64,000 bases of DNA from the human T2T-CHM13v2.0 reference genome, Homo sapiens. A model generated the notes under the pieces. It was not told the DNA's origin. It did no database searches and was given only the letters and a program-made list of their open reading frames with translations. Below, piece by piece: positions 1 through 12,889 of this stretch. Each line of letters opens with the position of its first letter. The stretch's first letter is position 1. The position numbers and the translations under genes are program-made. The stretch lies in the NCBI RefSeq assembly GCF_009914755.1, contig NC_060934.1; one strand, given 5' to 3'.

Positions 1-21
1 TGAGGACGGAGCTTTGGGTTC

Positions 22-375
22 TATATTAGATATTCTCTACTTGCACCTTTGGCTATAGTCTCTGCCCTTGTCCATGCTGGGCCCTGGAAGGCTGAGCCCT
101 GTGAGCTGCCCCCTTACTCTTTCTTCTGTGCTCTCTGAGTTCTGCCTAAGGGCAGCCACCAGCAGATCAGGGTGCAGGAGTGAGAGTGGAGAATGAGCTG
201 ATTATCTCTGCTCTCTCCCTGTCTGGACCCAGCTTAGCAATGGCTTCAGGGGTCCTCTGCCAGCAATGCCTGCCAGGCATCCTTCCCCGAAGTCCCAGTT
301 CCAATAGTGTGGGTAGCACCTCGCCCCTTCTGAAGGTGCTGACAGCTTCCCACTGTGCAATTCCCAGGGAGGGAA
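22..375 (+). mobile_element. LTR33-like ERVL solo LTR fragment
   Basis: Resembles recalled LTR33 consensus (ggaaggctgagccctgtgagctgc...gcagatcagggtgcaggag...acagcttcccactgt) and the minus-strand copy at 33865-34348. Confidence 0.55.
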
Positions 376-399
376 TGGCTGGTATTGCTGAGAAGGGCA

Positions 400-590
400 C
401 TTTAAAGCTAAAACTTTGGAATCAGGAAGACCTGAATTAAAATCCTGGTTTCATCACATAGCTTTGGTTTAACCTTGAACAGATGGCTAAGCACCAGTTT
501 CTCCACATGTAACTTGTAGAAGAAGTTGCCAGTGTTTTGGTAGGTTGCTTAGGCCTATGCTTGGCATCTGGTAGAGGCTCAGTAGTGCTA
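400..590 (+). mobile_element. MIR SINE, degenerate
   Basis: ctttggaatcag..gacctgaattaaaatcctgg and 3' ggcatctggtagaggctcagta. Confidence 0.55.
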
Positions 591-1282
591 ACGTTTTCTT
601 CTCTAGTTTGGGAGTTGGGTGGTTCCTTTTACTCCTGTAACTGCCCTGGGCTGAGGTGGGCTGGGTGGGGCAGTGTTTTAGGGTGATTTGTGACAGAGAT
701 TTGACCACTTAGGTCTTAGCTTTCTCTTTTTCCAGCCTGATGGAAGACCTTGTGTCTTCAATAGCACAAGAGGGTGGGCCTAGAAGAGCTCCAGGACCCA
801 TACGAGACCTGTAACGACCACGATGCATTTCTAGACTTGAAACTGAGATCTCCTGGTGCCAGGTTAGTGCTCCTTGCTGCTTCGCTGCACCCCAGGTCAT
901 TTTAACTATCTTCTGAACATAATGCTCATTTCTGCCTCCATAACTCTGCTTAGATTCTCCTGCATGTGGAATGCCACATACGTGATCCCTCTGCTGCCTC
1001 CCAAAATCACACCACACTTTAAAGCCAAGATACACCACCACACTTTTAAATTTTAATAGTGGAAAGAACCTGGGGTTTGGCATCAGTTATACTGAGGCTT
1101 AATCCTTGGGTCTGTCTTCCTGTCAGTTCCACTCTCCATCTCCAAAGGTGGCAAATGCCCAATAGGGGTACATGGTGGAGGGCACCGTGCTGCTGCTGAG
1201 AGGAGCTACTCATGGGCCTGCCCCCTGCCCTCCCATTCTGGAAAGCTCTGAGGGAGGGTCTTTTCATCACTCTTTCTTCTCA

Positions 1283-1693
<411 letters not shown>

Positions 1694-1799
1694 GACGTAA
1701 ACCTAAAGGAAATCCTAAGACATGCAGATTTTCCCCTTAGAGGGGAAAGGTTTCTCCCATCTAAGCTACCCCTAACTCATGAGTTCTCCAAAGCTCTTC

Positions 1800-2010
1800 A
1801 GCATGGGGCTATGAAGAGCTTAGATTTTGGTTTCTGATGGACTGGGGTTTGCATCCTGGCCTCAACTCTGGCAGTCTATGTGACGCTGGACAAGTTGTTT
1901 TTTCCCCATGGCATCAGGTAAAAATGGGTAAAATATTACCTATCTCATGGGGCTGCTGTAGAATTAAACGAGGTGATGACTTTGCAGTAATAACTCAGCA
2001 TTGGATATAG
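1800..2010 (+). mobile_element. MIR SINE
   Basis: tgtgacgctggacaagtt...gtaaaaatgggtaaaatattacctatctcatggggctgctg. Confidence 0.75.
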
Positions 2011-2319
2011 AAGATGGCTTTGGTCCTGTGAGCTGTAGGTCTGGGGGCAGGGCTGCCTCTGTGTAATCTCTGGACACTCTTCGATTCCATCTCCAACACT
2101 TGCTTCCTGCTCCCCCAGTTTTGTGGAATGTGGCCTGTGGATCCATATTTCACTTCAGGGCCGCGCCAGAGTTCCCTGTTTTTGTCCCAGTGTAAGTTCT
2201 GAAAGGGCAGAGCAAATAGGAGGAAGTGAAGGGAGCTAATTGGAGTACTTTCTTTACTGCTTTATGCTTTGGTTTACTCATATGTAAAAATTTTTGTTTG
2301 CTTTTTTGGTAAGAAACAA

Positions 2320-2500
2320 ACAAGTTAATGTAAGTTAAGTGTTTAGAACAATGTCTGGTGCAAAGTAATTGCTCAGTAATGATTAGCTATTATTTACTTA
2401 TTTATTTGGCACTTACTGTGAATTTGTCACTGTGCTAAGTCCTGAGGATACAAAATGGGAAAGATCTAATTCCTGTCCTGAGTTTCATGTTGGAGATAAA
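2320..2500. mobile_element. MIR 3' end (+) abutting an L2 3' fragment (-)
   Basis: gtttagaacaatgtctggtgcaaagtaattgctcagtaatgattagctattat, then cacttactgtg..cactgtgctaagtcctgaggatacaaa. Confidence 0.6.
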
Positions 2501-2509
2501 GTTAATAAC

Positions 2510-3680
2510 TAGAGTAACTCACTGTGTTATAGGCAATGGCAAGAAATTAGAAACAGTAGTTCTCACCAATAATAGGGGATTAACTGCAACGTTTATTTCA
2601 TTTATATACTGGAATATTTTGTGTATTTAAGAAGAAAACCAATCTATGTGAAAACTGTTCATAATACAGATTTAAGAGAAAAAGACAGATGATAACCAAT
2701 ACAGTATGATCTCATAGAAATTGAAACATTAAAAAACAAAAAAACTGGAAACACCAAACTGTTAGTAGTTACCTGTGGGTGGAGTGTTTGCAGTCAATTT
2801 TTTCCTAAAATTTTCATCTTACATTTTTCTGTAATCATCATGTATAACTTTTGTAGCAAAATGAAAAATTCTTTGAAAGCATGAAGGAAACACTATAGTG
2901 TCTCCAGTTTAGAGGGAAGATATGTTATGTCTATTGAAGAAATGAAGGCTGTGATGAGAGAAGATGGACATAATCATTCATAAAAATTCAAAAATAGATG
3001 TTTACAGCAGAAAAAAAAACCAGTTTCACCAAAAAGGAAATCAACACAATGGGAAAATACATTAGGTAGAAAATATTCAGAAAAATTTCCAATCCTGCAC
3101 ATTTAAGACTGATTCCTTATAATAAGAGGAGTTTGATATCAATGTTGATGATCGGCACATAGGGAAGTAAATGCATCTCCATTTGGTTAATGGAAAAACT
3201 TTCTAGCAATGAAAGAAATGAGCCTGAGAACAACTGTGGGATATCTCACAGTAAAAAAAAATATGGAAATAATAAAATCGCATAATAAAATCACAGTAAA
3301 AAGGAGAAATCATAGAATGCAAGGCCAGGAAAGCCACGGCTGTGCTGGAGGTCGACAGCAGGTGTCCGTTCTGACTGCTGCATGCTCATGCTCTATTGGG
3401 TGCTAATATTTTAAATAGCCCACCTAGAAACACATGTCTTCATACATACCTGGTATGATATGTAAATTGGGCCTTATCTTCTGGAGAGAAATCTGGCAAT
3501 ATTGTAAGATGAGCCATAACATTACTTACAATATTATTTTTCTCCACTGTCACACTCTTGAAAAACACTCACTAAAGAACTAATATTAAGAGAAAAAAGA
3601 TGCCCACAATAATGCTGTCTATGTTAGCAAGCATTGAAAACTATCCAATGTCCACTCATAGGGACATGGCATATTCTCGT
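2510..3680 (+). mobile_element. Ancient L1M(E) fragments
   Basis: A-rich; L1ME-type motifs caccaaactgttagtagttacctgtggg, ctggagagaaatctggcaat, atccaatgtccactcataggg. Confidence 0.6.
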
Positions 3681-3849
3681 AACACCACATATGCATCAGG
3701 GTTGTTTGCGATGCCCTCTTCATATCTGAGTTCTCGTGCAGTACCACAAGCGGGTGCATATTGTCATTCTGACTTTGTGGTGGATCTATGTGACACGCCA
3801 AAGTTACTCAGAGTTTAGTCTCTGCTCTACCACTTCTTCAGGAGCACAG

Positions 3850-3985
3850 TCCACAGCTTTTCCCATAGCGTGTGGCTGCCTGTTTATGATGCCACATCCA
3901 AGGACTTTGTTTCCTGCTGAATCTGAGTCACCTACAACCCATAGTAGGCATCCAGTAAACATTCGGTGGATGAATGAGTGAATGA
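3850..3985 (+). mobile_element. L2 3' end
   Basis: catagtaggcatccagtaaacattcggtggatgaatgagtgaatga. Confidence 0.7.
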
Positions 3986-4429
3986 TACTTAATGTGATGA
4001 AATACACCTAAGTCAGTAGATGGGACCATTGAGAACCACGTTAATGCAGGAATTGTGAATGCAGAGATGAGAACCTGGTGTCAAGTGTGACAAGGCACAC
4101 ACGTTACATGGCTGCTCCACACCTGGATGTGCACAAAGACAGAGGGAATCGCTCACCTCACAGGGGCTAAGTTCCGCAGGAAAGAGAATGTAAGTACTTG
4201 TGTTTTAAGGACAGAGGAAGTGCTGTCCGCCAGGGAAGAGCCTGCCTCCTGGCTGGCAAAGTCCTCGCTCTTAAATTATCAGTGGTTGATTTGGTACAAG
4301 GGCTAAGATCAAACCTGATGAGATCTGCAGATGTCTGACTTCCCAAGACCTGTGTCTCTGATGCATTTTTGTGCTTGAAACAACTACAGAGTGAAGATGG
4401 GATGTACAAAGACTTGTGTGGGTACAGTT

Positions 4430-4999
4430 TGTATTAGCCAGGGTTCTCCTGAGGGACAGAACCAATAGGATATATGTCTGTATGAAAGGGAGTGTATAGG
4501 GGAGAGCTGGCTCACATGATCAGAAGGCAAAGTCTCACGATAGGCTGTCTGCAAGCTGGGGAAGAAAGAAACAAGTAGTGGCTCAGTCCAAAAGCCTCAA
4601 AAGCACGGAAGCTGACAGTGCAGCTGTCAGTCTGTGGCCCAAGGCCTGAGCGCCCCTGGCAAATCACTGATGTAAGTCAAGAGTCCAAAGGCAGAAGAAC
4701 CTGCAGTCTTCCAAGGGCATCAGAGGAAGAGAAGGAAGCATCCAGCATGGGAGAAAGATGAAGCCAAAAGACCCAGCAAGCCAGCTCTTCCCCCTTCTGC
4801 CTGCTTTGTCTAGCCATGAGACAGATGATTAAATGGTGCCCATCCACATTGAGGGTGGGTCTTCCTCTTCCAGGTCACTGACTCAAATGTTAATCTCCTC
4901 TGTCAACATGCTCACAGACCACACCCAGAAACAATACTTTACCAGCTATCTAGGCATCCTTCAATCCAATCAAGTTGACACTTAATAGTAACCATCACA
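4430..4999 (-). mobile_element. MLT2 (B-like) ERVL solo LTR
   Basis: Termini tgtattagccagggttctc and caatccaatcaagttgacacttaatagtaaccatcaca match the reverse complement of MLT2 ends. Confidence 0.9.
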
Positions 5000-5896
5000 C
5001 ACCTATAGTCTGTCAAGGGCTGGGATAGGCACTGCCTGGAGGGTTGTGGAAGGATCCTCAGAGAGAACAGCTTTGTGCAGGATCTTGAAGATATGGAGGA
5101 GTGGATGTGTGTGCATGCACAAGTGTGTGTGTATGGGATACACACACATGTCATATACTATACATGTACATATGCCTTTCCTCTGTCTCTCTCTGTATAT
5201 ATATCTATATATATGGCAATGATTGCTTTGAGTTGGGGGAAAGCCTTAGCTTTTAAACACAGAGAGAGGGATTGAAAACAGAACCCCGATCTAGGAGTTT
5301 GCCAGTGCTCAGGACAGTGGAATTGGAGGAAGGTGTTCTTGTCCCAGCTTTTAGGCTGGAGGCAAAACGTGGTCTCAGCTCATTAAGTAAGGATGGCCCT
5401 GGATCTGTAGGGAAGAACCAGAAAGGAGAAAGGGGTCAGAACTAATAAGCTCATATGGCTCAGGGCTTGACAGTACCATTCCTGGTCATCCTTTGTGTGT
5501 GCAGCAACAAAGGTCAGCCTTTGTTTTGCTCTCTGGGTGACTCCTGTCCTCCATGCCACCCTCCATGGAACCTCCATGGATCCCTGCCTCAAAGTCAGGG
5601 TCACTTGGGCATGTATTCATAGCCACTTCATCTGGGTTCTCTGTTGTGTGGCCTGGGTCGGGCAGGGTCTTGGCACCCCATCACTGCCCTTGCTCATCTG
5701 CAGCAGCTCTGGTGTGTGCTCACTGTTCGCAGTGTTAGTCCTGAATCACTCACCACAACTCACTTGCCTTGTGCTGTCCAATCTTACTTCAGTTGTCCTG
5801 ATGACTAATGTGGTCACTTCCTCTCTCAGTTCTTAATTGTTTTGGTTTGTATTTGGCATATGCTGTTGTTGTCTTCTGGGTTTTGTCTCCTCTTAG

Positions 5897-5918
5897 TGAT
5901 GATGATGATGATGATGAT
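5897..5918. repeat. (GAT)7 microsatellite
   Basis: Direct reading. Confidence 0.95.
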
Positions 5919-6351
5919 ACCTATTTGGTGATAATGATTCCTCACTCTCTGTCCCAGCAATACAATGGAGAATGTCTTATGCACATTTTCTCTGACCCAG
6001 CCCTGGGCTGCTACTATCATGAAGCAGGGATGACTCAGATTCTGCTGGTCTCAGCTTTGCAGATGCGATCTGGACCATTTCCCTGCCTGGGAGCAGGATG
6101 GGAGCAAAATTGATGGAAGCAGTAGACATAAGACACTCTTTGTGAGGTGTCAGCTCCAGGCTCTTTGTGGGGTTGGAGACTTTCTTGTACCTTCTGCATA
6201 TTCCCTGCTTTTCTGCAGCACTCCCAGCAACCTCTTTTCACTGGGGCAGAGAGAACCATGGTGATGGTATTGAGGGGATTGGATTCAGTCTGTAGCTCAT
6301 CAGGGTCATGTGTGGGATGGAGGCCATGCATGAAAATCAACCTGCTTGTTA

Positions 6352-6862
6352 TGTGGTGAATGTCTGTGGTTTGCCTCCCCAGCCATCATTCTCTCTTCTG
6401 GCAATAGCCTCACTCCCATCTATGTATTACTCTCAATCAGTGTGTTTGGGGTGGGCTCCAAGGTGACTCTATGAGCTAAGCCCAGGTTTGTAGCCTGCCA
6501 GTGTATCCCCCACTGTGACCACAATGAATGGGTCAGGGGCCCATCCCTGAATCGGTCAGAGCCAATAAGTTTCCAGAAGACTTTCAATGGAATTGTTGAG
6601 AAAGAGGCAGTGTTTTTTCCCACTGGATGTGCCATGTCCATCCACGACCTAGGCCACCGTGGAAGATGGAAGAGCTCTTAAAGAGGAAAAGAAATGGAGC
6701 CCTAATGACACCAATTGAGTCCTTAATCTAGTTGTGTGTGAAGTGAGACCTATCTCTAGACTTTTAAAAAATTTCATGAGCCAGTACATTCCCATTCTTT
6801 TAATTAAGCCAATCTGAGTTGAGTTTTCTGTCACTTACAACAAGGAAGTCCTGACAGATACA
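6352..6862 (+). mobile_element. MLT1 (old K/L-like) MaLR solo LTR
   Basis: 3' end taagccaatctgagttgagttttctgtcacttacaacaaggaagtcctgacagataca. Confidence 0.8.
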
Positions 6863-7899
6863 GTCCTGTGACCTTTGGGTCAAAGTCACCTCATCAATAT
6901 GCTCAAAGATTGTGTGAATTTGAAGTGAATTTCTTTGTTTTGCTTCTTTAGTTGGGTGTCACTTTGTCCTTGTGTTATGATCAACTTTCTAATTCAAACT
7001 ATGTTGACACTGCCTTAAACAGTTCTTTGAACTTATCTAGAGTCCATCAAACCAAGGTCAGAAACCCATAACCCACGTGCTGTCCTATGGGGACCAACAG
7101 GTCGAGTATATAAGGTTACTTGGAACAACTCCTTGGGAGGGTGGGAGGAACTTTCAGTTATCCATCAATTTCTGGGATTCTTTTATGTTATTGGATAGGA
7201 GGTAGAGGACTTCTGACCGTCTGGGCTTCCAGTCTCAGGGTCCAACTTACCATTTGCATGTTTCTAAAGAGGACAGAATGGTCGTTCTCACAACTATTTC
7301 CTGGCTCTGCAAATAGCACAACACCATCATCGTCCCAGAGGCATGGCCCAAATCCTGGCTGTCCTGTAACAGGAGCTGTTGCCACCAAGTGACTTATTTC
7401 ATGGTGAAACCTTCCAGAAATGGGTTTAGACATCGTTGGAAAGTGTATGTATTTTTGTGCATTGCATTTTGGGGACATTATTTGATCTAGTTGGCAAAGT
7501 GAAGCCAGATGAGCTGAGAGCATAGGTCATTTGGGCTGCCAGCTTTCTGCACTTAAATATTCTGCTTTATTCCCCTCACATTTCTATAGAAGTTCAGCTT
7601 TCAGAACTATGCAACAGTATTTGGACACAAGACTCTGTAAATGCCAATAATCTCTGTAAATCATCTATGTGTGTACATGAATCCAGTGAAAAATAAAGGA
7701 GCATTGTGGTCAAATGTGTGGACCCTGAAGTCTGCACACCTGGGTTCCTCATTCACCTGAGGAATGAGGAATGTCTGTCTCAAGGAAGAGAGGAATGTTG
7801 GGGACCACATTTCTTTTGTCTTTCCAAAATCAGCTGGGGTGTCACTGACTCACCAAATTCCTCCATGTTTCCCATTTACAGTCTTTTTGGGCTGCTTCA

Positions 7900-8090
7900 T
7901 CACACCACGAAAGGGGATGTATTCTGGATCCTTGTCTTGCCACATTATTTGATTATTTATTATTTATTGGTCTATGTAAGCCTTTCCTCCCTCTCTAGCC
8001 TGAAACTGCTGGGTGGGTCAAGGCTGTGCCTATCCCGCTCCCCACCTGAGGTCTATCACAGTGCCTGCAGGTTGAGGGTGTTTGGTATGG
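7900..8090 (+). mobile_element. L2 3' fragment
   Basis: ctagcctgaaactgctggg..ggctgtgcct..tctatcacagtgcctg. Confidence 0.5.
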
Positions 8091-8832
8091 CCTTGTTGAC
8101 CCTTGGGCTCTTGCTGCCATGGTGATGGGGTTGGTCAGTAGGTGTGAAGGAAGAGCCTGAGGGCAGAAGTTAGGGGTGGGAGGAGAGGTGTGGGTGGGGT
8201 GGCCCAGGGAGTGGGGGTCCAGTGAAATAAGGAGGCTAGAACTTTGCTTCTTTGTCCGAGGAAGGTTCATGTGGCCCATTAGCTTTACTGAGAATGGACC
8301 TGGATTCGTGGCCTGAGGTGGAGCTAGAGACTTGGAAGCAACCACGGCCATTTAACCAAGGTCCATTGCCCTGGTGATGTGGGGTCCTTCCCCTGGGCCA
8401 GCCCTTCTCTTGGGCCAGTTCTGTTAGGTGGTCTGTGTCCTGCCCCATGGGGTCTGAAGGACATAGAGGGGCTAATGGCCAAAGAGCTATGGGCAAAGGA
8501 CTTGCCCTTATTCTTCTTGTATGGGAAGCATGGAGGGGACCTGGAGTTGGTCCCTGATCCTCTACTGTCTGCAGCCATATCCTCAGGATCTCATGGAGGC
8601 AGGAAGACCCAGCCTTGCTCTCAAAGCAGCAGGCCCTGATTCCTACCACCTCTGCCTCAGCTTGCCCACTGCGCCTCCGTGGGAGCCCCTCCTCAACCAT
8701 ATGCCCCAGCACATTGGCAGCATGCTCAATTGTTGGCCAGGGAAGAAACTTACAGCTCACTAGAGGAGTGACCCTGCCCCTCCATCCCCCACCTGAGATG
8801 GTCTGGGGTCTCTTGCTGGATCCCAGATGTGC

Positions 8833-8835
<3 letters not shown>

Positions 8836-8889
<54 letters not shown>

Positions 8890-8930
8890 AGGGAGAGACA
8901 GAGAGATGGAGGGGGAGAGAGAGAGAGAGA
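8836..8930. repeat. (TG)25 microsatellite followed by a GA-rich tract
   Basis: Perfect TG run 8836-8885; gagagacagagagatggagggggagagagagagag. Confidence 0.97.
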
Positions 8931-10553
8931 ATCACTATAAAATTGGGGGAGGAGAACAAGTGGAAAGTCACAGAGAGCACTTCTTCCCTCTTGGCTGCCC
9001 CAGTCCCCAGCCCTATGGAAGCTGCCTGTCCTGGGCATGAGGAGGCTGGGAAGGGAGTGCAGTACAGAGGGCACAGTGCTTCCAGGGCTTCTTACCTCCA
9101 GGAGTATACTTTTGGGAAAGGAACTCAAATGTACAGCAGCTCCTCCTGGGTTACCAAGTGTGTAGACTTGTATAGGCAGCTGGGCCTGGCCCCTGAGCCG
9201 AGCCCCTGGGGCCGTGCAAAGAGGCTCTGACCCTCCCATTTACTGTCTTCCTGACTTGAGCACACCATCTCCCCTTCCACTGTTTCTACTTTTTCATCTG
9301 TAAAATGGGTATCCTACCACCCCACTCCAAAGGTAAGTCTAAGGAGACCACAGGTGAGGCAGCGCTTTGCAAACTCTAATGTTCCTTGCCACAGTGCTGA
9401 TGGACATGGTGGATGACAGAGCACAGGAGCCCCGCACTGAAGTGCTGGGGGTCCGCAGAGGGACAGGGAGGGACAGAAGAGGCTGCTCCAAGGAAGGGCG
9501 TTTGGTTCCCACAAGAGTCGTGGATCTTTGTTTTCTTGTACTGGGCCACAAGGAACCAGAGGCTCAGCAGGGCTTTGGGGTCGTGGATGCAGGCAGCTGC
9601 AGGGGATGGAAAAATAGGCACAGTCCCTCATTGCCTCAGATTTATCTAGTTCTTTGTCCCTGGTTGCAGAGGGTACCTTTCCAGACTGTGGTGGGAACTA
9701 CAGGGGCCCTTGGACCTTCAAGTGTGATTTTATTTATTTATTTATTTTTATGGAGGTGGTTCTAGGGAACTCAGGAAGAAAACTGGCATCCTGGCATTGG
9801 CCACCCCTAAAAATACGATGTGATGTGGCTAACGAGAAAGCATAACAGGCCTGGCTCTGCATGGCCTAATATAGCCTGGCATTCAAGCCTCAACCTTGAC
9901 GTAAATGGGGATTGGTAATTGAAAGCACGAGAGGTCTCTTGGATGGGATGACGGGGAGCCTGCTGCGATCTCTGAGGTGGGCATGCCAAGGGGATCGGAA
10001 AAGCGGCCCCAGGGGACTGTCCTGGGTTTCCCAGTGTGGGTAGGGTTGGGGCCTGAATGAGGACAGCCCCCTGCAGCCTCCTGCCCACACTCTGCCTAGC
10101 GGGTCAGCATCAGACTGACCAGTCCAATTAGCCCTCATGGGGAGGAGTGGTGGGCTCAGCGCCACCAGAGGTCATAAATTCCATCACCCTGACCTCTTGA
10201 GAGCAGAGTGGACCAATCTCTCCATTCCCTTGCCTTGCCAGCACCCTGGCTAGCTGGTTTTGGCCCTACATGGACTTTCTGAGAGAATGTGGCCCAGTCC
10301 TCCCCCTCAAACAGAGTATTGATGCCAACCTCGAGTGTGGAAGCATCATGGAGGCAATGCCAGACGCTTTTTCTTCCTCATCCTCTCTCCTTCTCCTGCA
10401 AAGACACAGATCCATGAGTCAGCGAAGAAGCTAAAGGACTCTGATGTTATTTGGTACTGACTTGCGACTCAGGTCTGGGGAGGTAGAGGGGGCAGAATGT
10501 GGGAGAGGAGAAACAAGTTTGGGAGTGAGAATGGTTTCCCTGGGGCCACCTTG

Positions 10554-10667
10554 TAGGGTGACCACTTCATCTCTGTTTGCCTTGGGCCTTCCTGGTTTTG
10601 GCACTGAAAGTCCCAAATCCCAGAAAACCTCTCAGTCCAGGGAGAACTGGGATGGTTAGTCATCCTT
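10554..10667. mobile_element. MER94 (hAT-Blackjack) MITE
   Basis: TIRs tagggtgacca...ggttagtcatcct; core ggttttggcactgaaagtccc. Confidence 0.85.
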
Positions 10668-11329
10668 TCCCATCAAAACCTCTGAAGTCTGCTCCTCATG
10701 GGAGAACCATCTCTGGACTGGTGTCCCAGGTGACTCAGCCAAGGACCCAGAGCCTCCTGCTGGCAGAGCTAGGACTTGAATACAAATCCAGGGCTGTTTG
10801 CCCCCAGCCTGCATTACTCAGGTCCTTCCATGAAGTGGGACACCTGGTTCTCTCCAATGATCTTGGCCAAGGCCTTTCCCCAGGATGGAAGTGGTGGTGA
10901 AATAGCCAAAAGAGGGAGGAGAGGGGTGAATGAGTCACCCCTGGAGATACAAAAATAAGACCCTGCAGCTCACCCTGGCTCAGAAATGTGGGATCCCAAG
11001 AGGGGAAAGATGCGATCTCTGCCCTTAAGGAGTTCATATCCTGCTTAGAAAAGTGCAGTGGACTTGCCTTTGGGTGCCTGGCTCAGGTGCCACTCAGTGC
11101 CACCTACACACACTCACCAGGAAACAATAGACAAAGGGTGTGGCTTATCAAGATTGCATTACTCTAATTTCCCTTATAGAATGTATTCATTCAAGAAATA
11201 TGTATTGAATATTTGTTCTTAAGCATGCTGTTCCTTGTGTTTGAAACATACTCTTCTCTTTTTCCCTCCTTCTCCTCTTTCACCCCCACATCCCAATTCC
11301 ACCCATTCCTCAGGTCCCAGCTCAATAGG

Positions 11330-11530
11330 TAATATTTATTGAACACTTAGTATGGATCAGGTGCCATAGTAAGCACTTTGCACTGCTTTAATTGAATACA
11401 TTTAATCCTCATGAAAGCCATATGATTCTATTATACCCATTTCACAGATGAAGAAACTGAGTGGTTAACCGGCTTGCCCCGTGACACATGGCTGTTCTCT
11501 GTTAGGCTGGGTTGTAGCCTGGCGTGCACC
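11330..11530 (-). mobile_element. MIR SINE
   Basis: tttaatcctcatg...cccatttcacagatgaagaaactgag. Confidence 0.8.
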
Positions 11531-11775
11531 TTCCCTGCAAGGAAGGCTTTCCTGAGCCCCGGTGCCCACTTTCCAAAGCCCCTATAATTAGTCTCTGCTG
11601 GAGCACTTGCCACCAGGCTGTGACACACAGTGTCCTTGTCTGTCTCCTCCATGAGATGGGGTTCCTGGAGGGTTGGACTCCTTCCTGCTGTATCCCTGAT
11701 AGTAGGCATTGAGGAGGAGTTTGGTAAATACCTATTGGATGAATAAATGAATGAATTGATGGATGAATGAATGAG
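11530..11775 (+). mobile_element. L2 3' end
   Basis: ggtaaatacctattggatgaataaatgaatgaa tail. Confidence 0.75.
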
Positions 11776-12889
11776 TTGCCTCAATGGCCACAGAAGCTCT
11801 GAGGTCCTCAGCAAAGGCCTTTGTTTTCTCGCTGAGGGGCACTCCACACTGGCAGCATTGGACCAAGAAGCTCTTGATGGCACAAGGCAAACAGCCCTTC
11901 TGAGTAACCATATAACTGTGACATCAGGAAACAAACTGATTTTTAAATACTAAAATAAGTTTAAACTTTTTAAGGTAAATGACATTCATGAATTCTCAGG
12001 ATGAAACTGAGATTTGGAGGAAATTTAGTGCTTGTGTTGGTGTCGACAGACAAGTCTCAAATTTCACCCTTCACCCAGCCCCCTGCAAATTCTCCTCTGC
12101 TGTTGGAGTGATTTGGGGAAAAAGTTTGAGAAATGCCGCCTAGAGTAGCTGGCTGGAGCTCAGGACATGGGATGTCTGGATTCAGCGTGGGCTGAAGGAA
12201 GGGCATTTCAGGGAGGGGCACTGCAGGAGCAAAGGTACAATAATGGGGACAGGCGGACCTCTGCTTGTTCCTTGTTCCTGGAGCTGGGTGAGCAGCCAGT
12301 CCCTGTGAACGGCTCTGAACATGCCAATAGCTGTTGCAATATATGATTGGCAGCCACATCCCGAAGTACCACCACCACCATCACTTGGAAAACCTCACAC
12401 TATTTTTAGTCCCTTTAGCTCAAGAAAATATTATATCATCTCTTTTCCTCCCTACAAGCCAATTCATTGTTGATCTTGTCCCGTCATAAAACCGTGTTCT
12501 CCTTTTTAGCTGTGCGAGACCAATCAGCGGTGGGGTGGAGTCCCTCTGCTATTTTCATATTTTGTGTCACTTGTTCACATGGGAAAAATCATGACATTTT
12601 CCCACGTTGGGGCCCTGTGCAACCTGGCTTTGAATTTTAAGCAAGTAATTGCTCTGGATCATGCGAGGGGGCCGATGAGAATGACCGACCTGCAGGGCTC
12701 AGGGTTCCAGGCGCCTGATGTTGGCATGACTGGGGCTCGATGCCTATGATCTTGTTGATTTTAGAAGCATTTCCAAGAAAAAGAGGAGGAACCAGTGCCC
12801 TGTAGAGTGGTGGGAGAAAAGAGGGGCAAGATCCTCCGTTGGAGGAATCTGCTCTGATTCAGCAGGAAGGCCGGGAGATGCTTGGTAGT

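Noticed and set aside
8750-9239. His/Thr- and Cys/Val-repeat proteins
   Set aside because: Translations of the (TG)25 microsatellite
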